Of a stretch of 64,000 bases of DNA, positions 63,520 to 64,000 are shown piece by piece. The DNA is taken from IMG/VR virus record IMGVR_UViG_3300044728_000163, positions 1 to 64,000 of that record; one strand, given 5' to 3'. Origin of the DNA: a virus. Its lineage: Duplodnaviria > Caudoviricetes. A program made the translations under genes and the position numbers. The first letter of the stretch is position 1; each line of letters starts with the position of its first letter. The notes beneath the pieces are model-generated. The model had not been told where the DNA came from and made no database searches. It was given only the letters and a program-made list of their open reading frames with translations.

Positions 63520-64000
63520 TGCTTTTCCAGGTCCGGTATCCGCTTCTCGCACTGATGACGCATGTCGATGCATGTGCAGAAATCCTTTGGGGTCGCGAAC
63601 CCAATCAGGGATGGGTCCATGCGGTGATCGATAAGCTTGTTCGGCGCGTTCATCCCGCCATTGCCGCCCAACACGATGAAAGCCGCTGTTTTCATTGCTA
63701 TCGCCGCGGGAACGATCCATCCGACACCTCCCACGACCACCGCCGCGTCGCGCACCATCGCCATCAACTGATTGACCGTGCTTTCGCCACGCAGTCTGGC
63801 CAGATTATGTGGCGGCACGTCGCCCTCGATCCACTCCGCGTTGTAGGTGTTGCTGGTGTCCGCGATCACCACCACCGCGAAACCGCGCCGCTTTAAATCA
63901 CCCGCGATGAAATGAATGTATTCCGGCAACGGGTTCCTGGCCTGGTTGTCCCACTCCAACCGCCGCATCACCGGGCGCACGACGGCCAGCGGCGCGCCAC
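63462..64000 (-). CDS. GT9 (heptosyltransferase)-like glycosyltransferase, partial (5' end outside window)
   Basis: Frame open to the window edge; LMAMVRDAAVVVGGVGWIVPAAIAMKT..F.VLGG resembles the GT-B C-terminal domain. Confidence 0.65.
   Translation of the reverse strand, partial: GAPLAVVRPVMRRLEWDNQARNPLPEYIHFIAGDLKRRGFAVVVIADTSNTYNAEWIEGDVPPHNLARLRGESTVNQLMAMVRDAAVVVGGVGWIVPAAIAMKTAAFIVLGGNGGMNAPNKLIDHRMDPSLIGFATPKDFCTCIDMRHQCEKRIPDLEKQWRRWANALPRLSRSSRAA

Noticed and set aside
1-64000. tRNA/rRNA genes, integrase, transposase, terminase, portal, capsid
   Set aside because: No cloverleaf/T-loop motifs or diagnostic protein motifs recognised by eye; tRNAscan-SE and HMM searches were not run

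Overview
The window is a 64-kb piece of a high-GC tailed dsDNA phage (siphovirus-like, long non-contractile tail). The host is most likely an alphaproteobacterium, probably Rhodospirillales/Acetobacteraceae-like; this is inferred from gene families. Layout: (1) 1-3.3 kb, a repeat-rich, compositionally unusual leader with small + strand genes; (2) 3.3-8.2 kb, small early genes; (3) 8.2-11.6 kb, an accessory island (SAM methyltransferase, beta-helix protein, two PEP-CTERM proteins); (4) 11.8-29.7 kb, a - strand middle/replication operon (C5 DNA methylase, Prim-Pol, VapE helicase, RecD/Dda-like helicase, DUF669 SSB-like, Sak4-like ATPase, RusA-like, DnaN clamp, Cro-like HTH); (5) 29.8-32.3 kb, a second + strand early operon; (6) 32.4-64 kb, a - strand late operon (lysis, two S74-chaperone tail fibres including a 3657-aa one, tape measure, G/GT chaperones, tail tube, neck, then methyltransferase and a partial glycosyltransferase). 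Capsid, portal, terminase and integrase are not in the window. The standout is at 14.8-17.8 kb: a 197-aa Cas7/RAMP-like gene directly followed by a 1.55-kb non-coding array. The array has 11 tracts of 5-nt-periodic CGC-NN units (about 200 units) separated by 10 structurally conserved long hairpins, with a twelve-unit tract in the gene's own leader and flanking RHH and wHTH genes. It looks like a phage-encoded RNA-guided system with non-contiguous guides, similar to my recollection of reported VIPR systems but with a CGC/CDC scaffold instead of GGY. A second unusual signal is a roughly five-fold excess of GANTC (CcrM) sites and near absence of CCGG in the first 2-3 kb. All counts are by hand and all family calls are by motif recognition, not database search.
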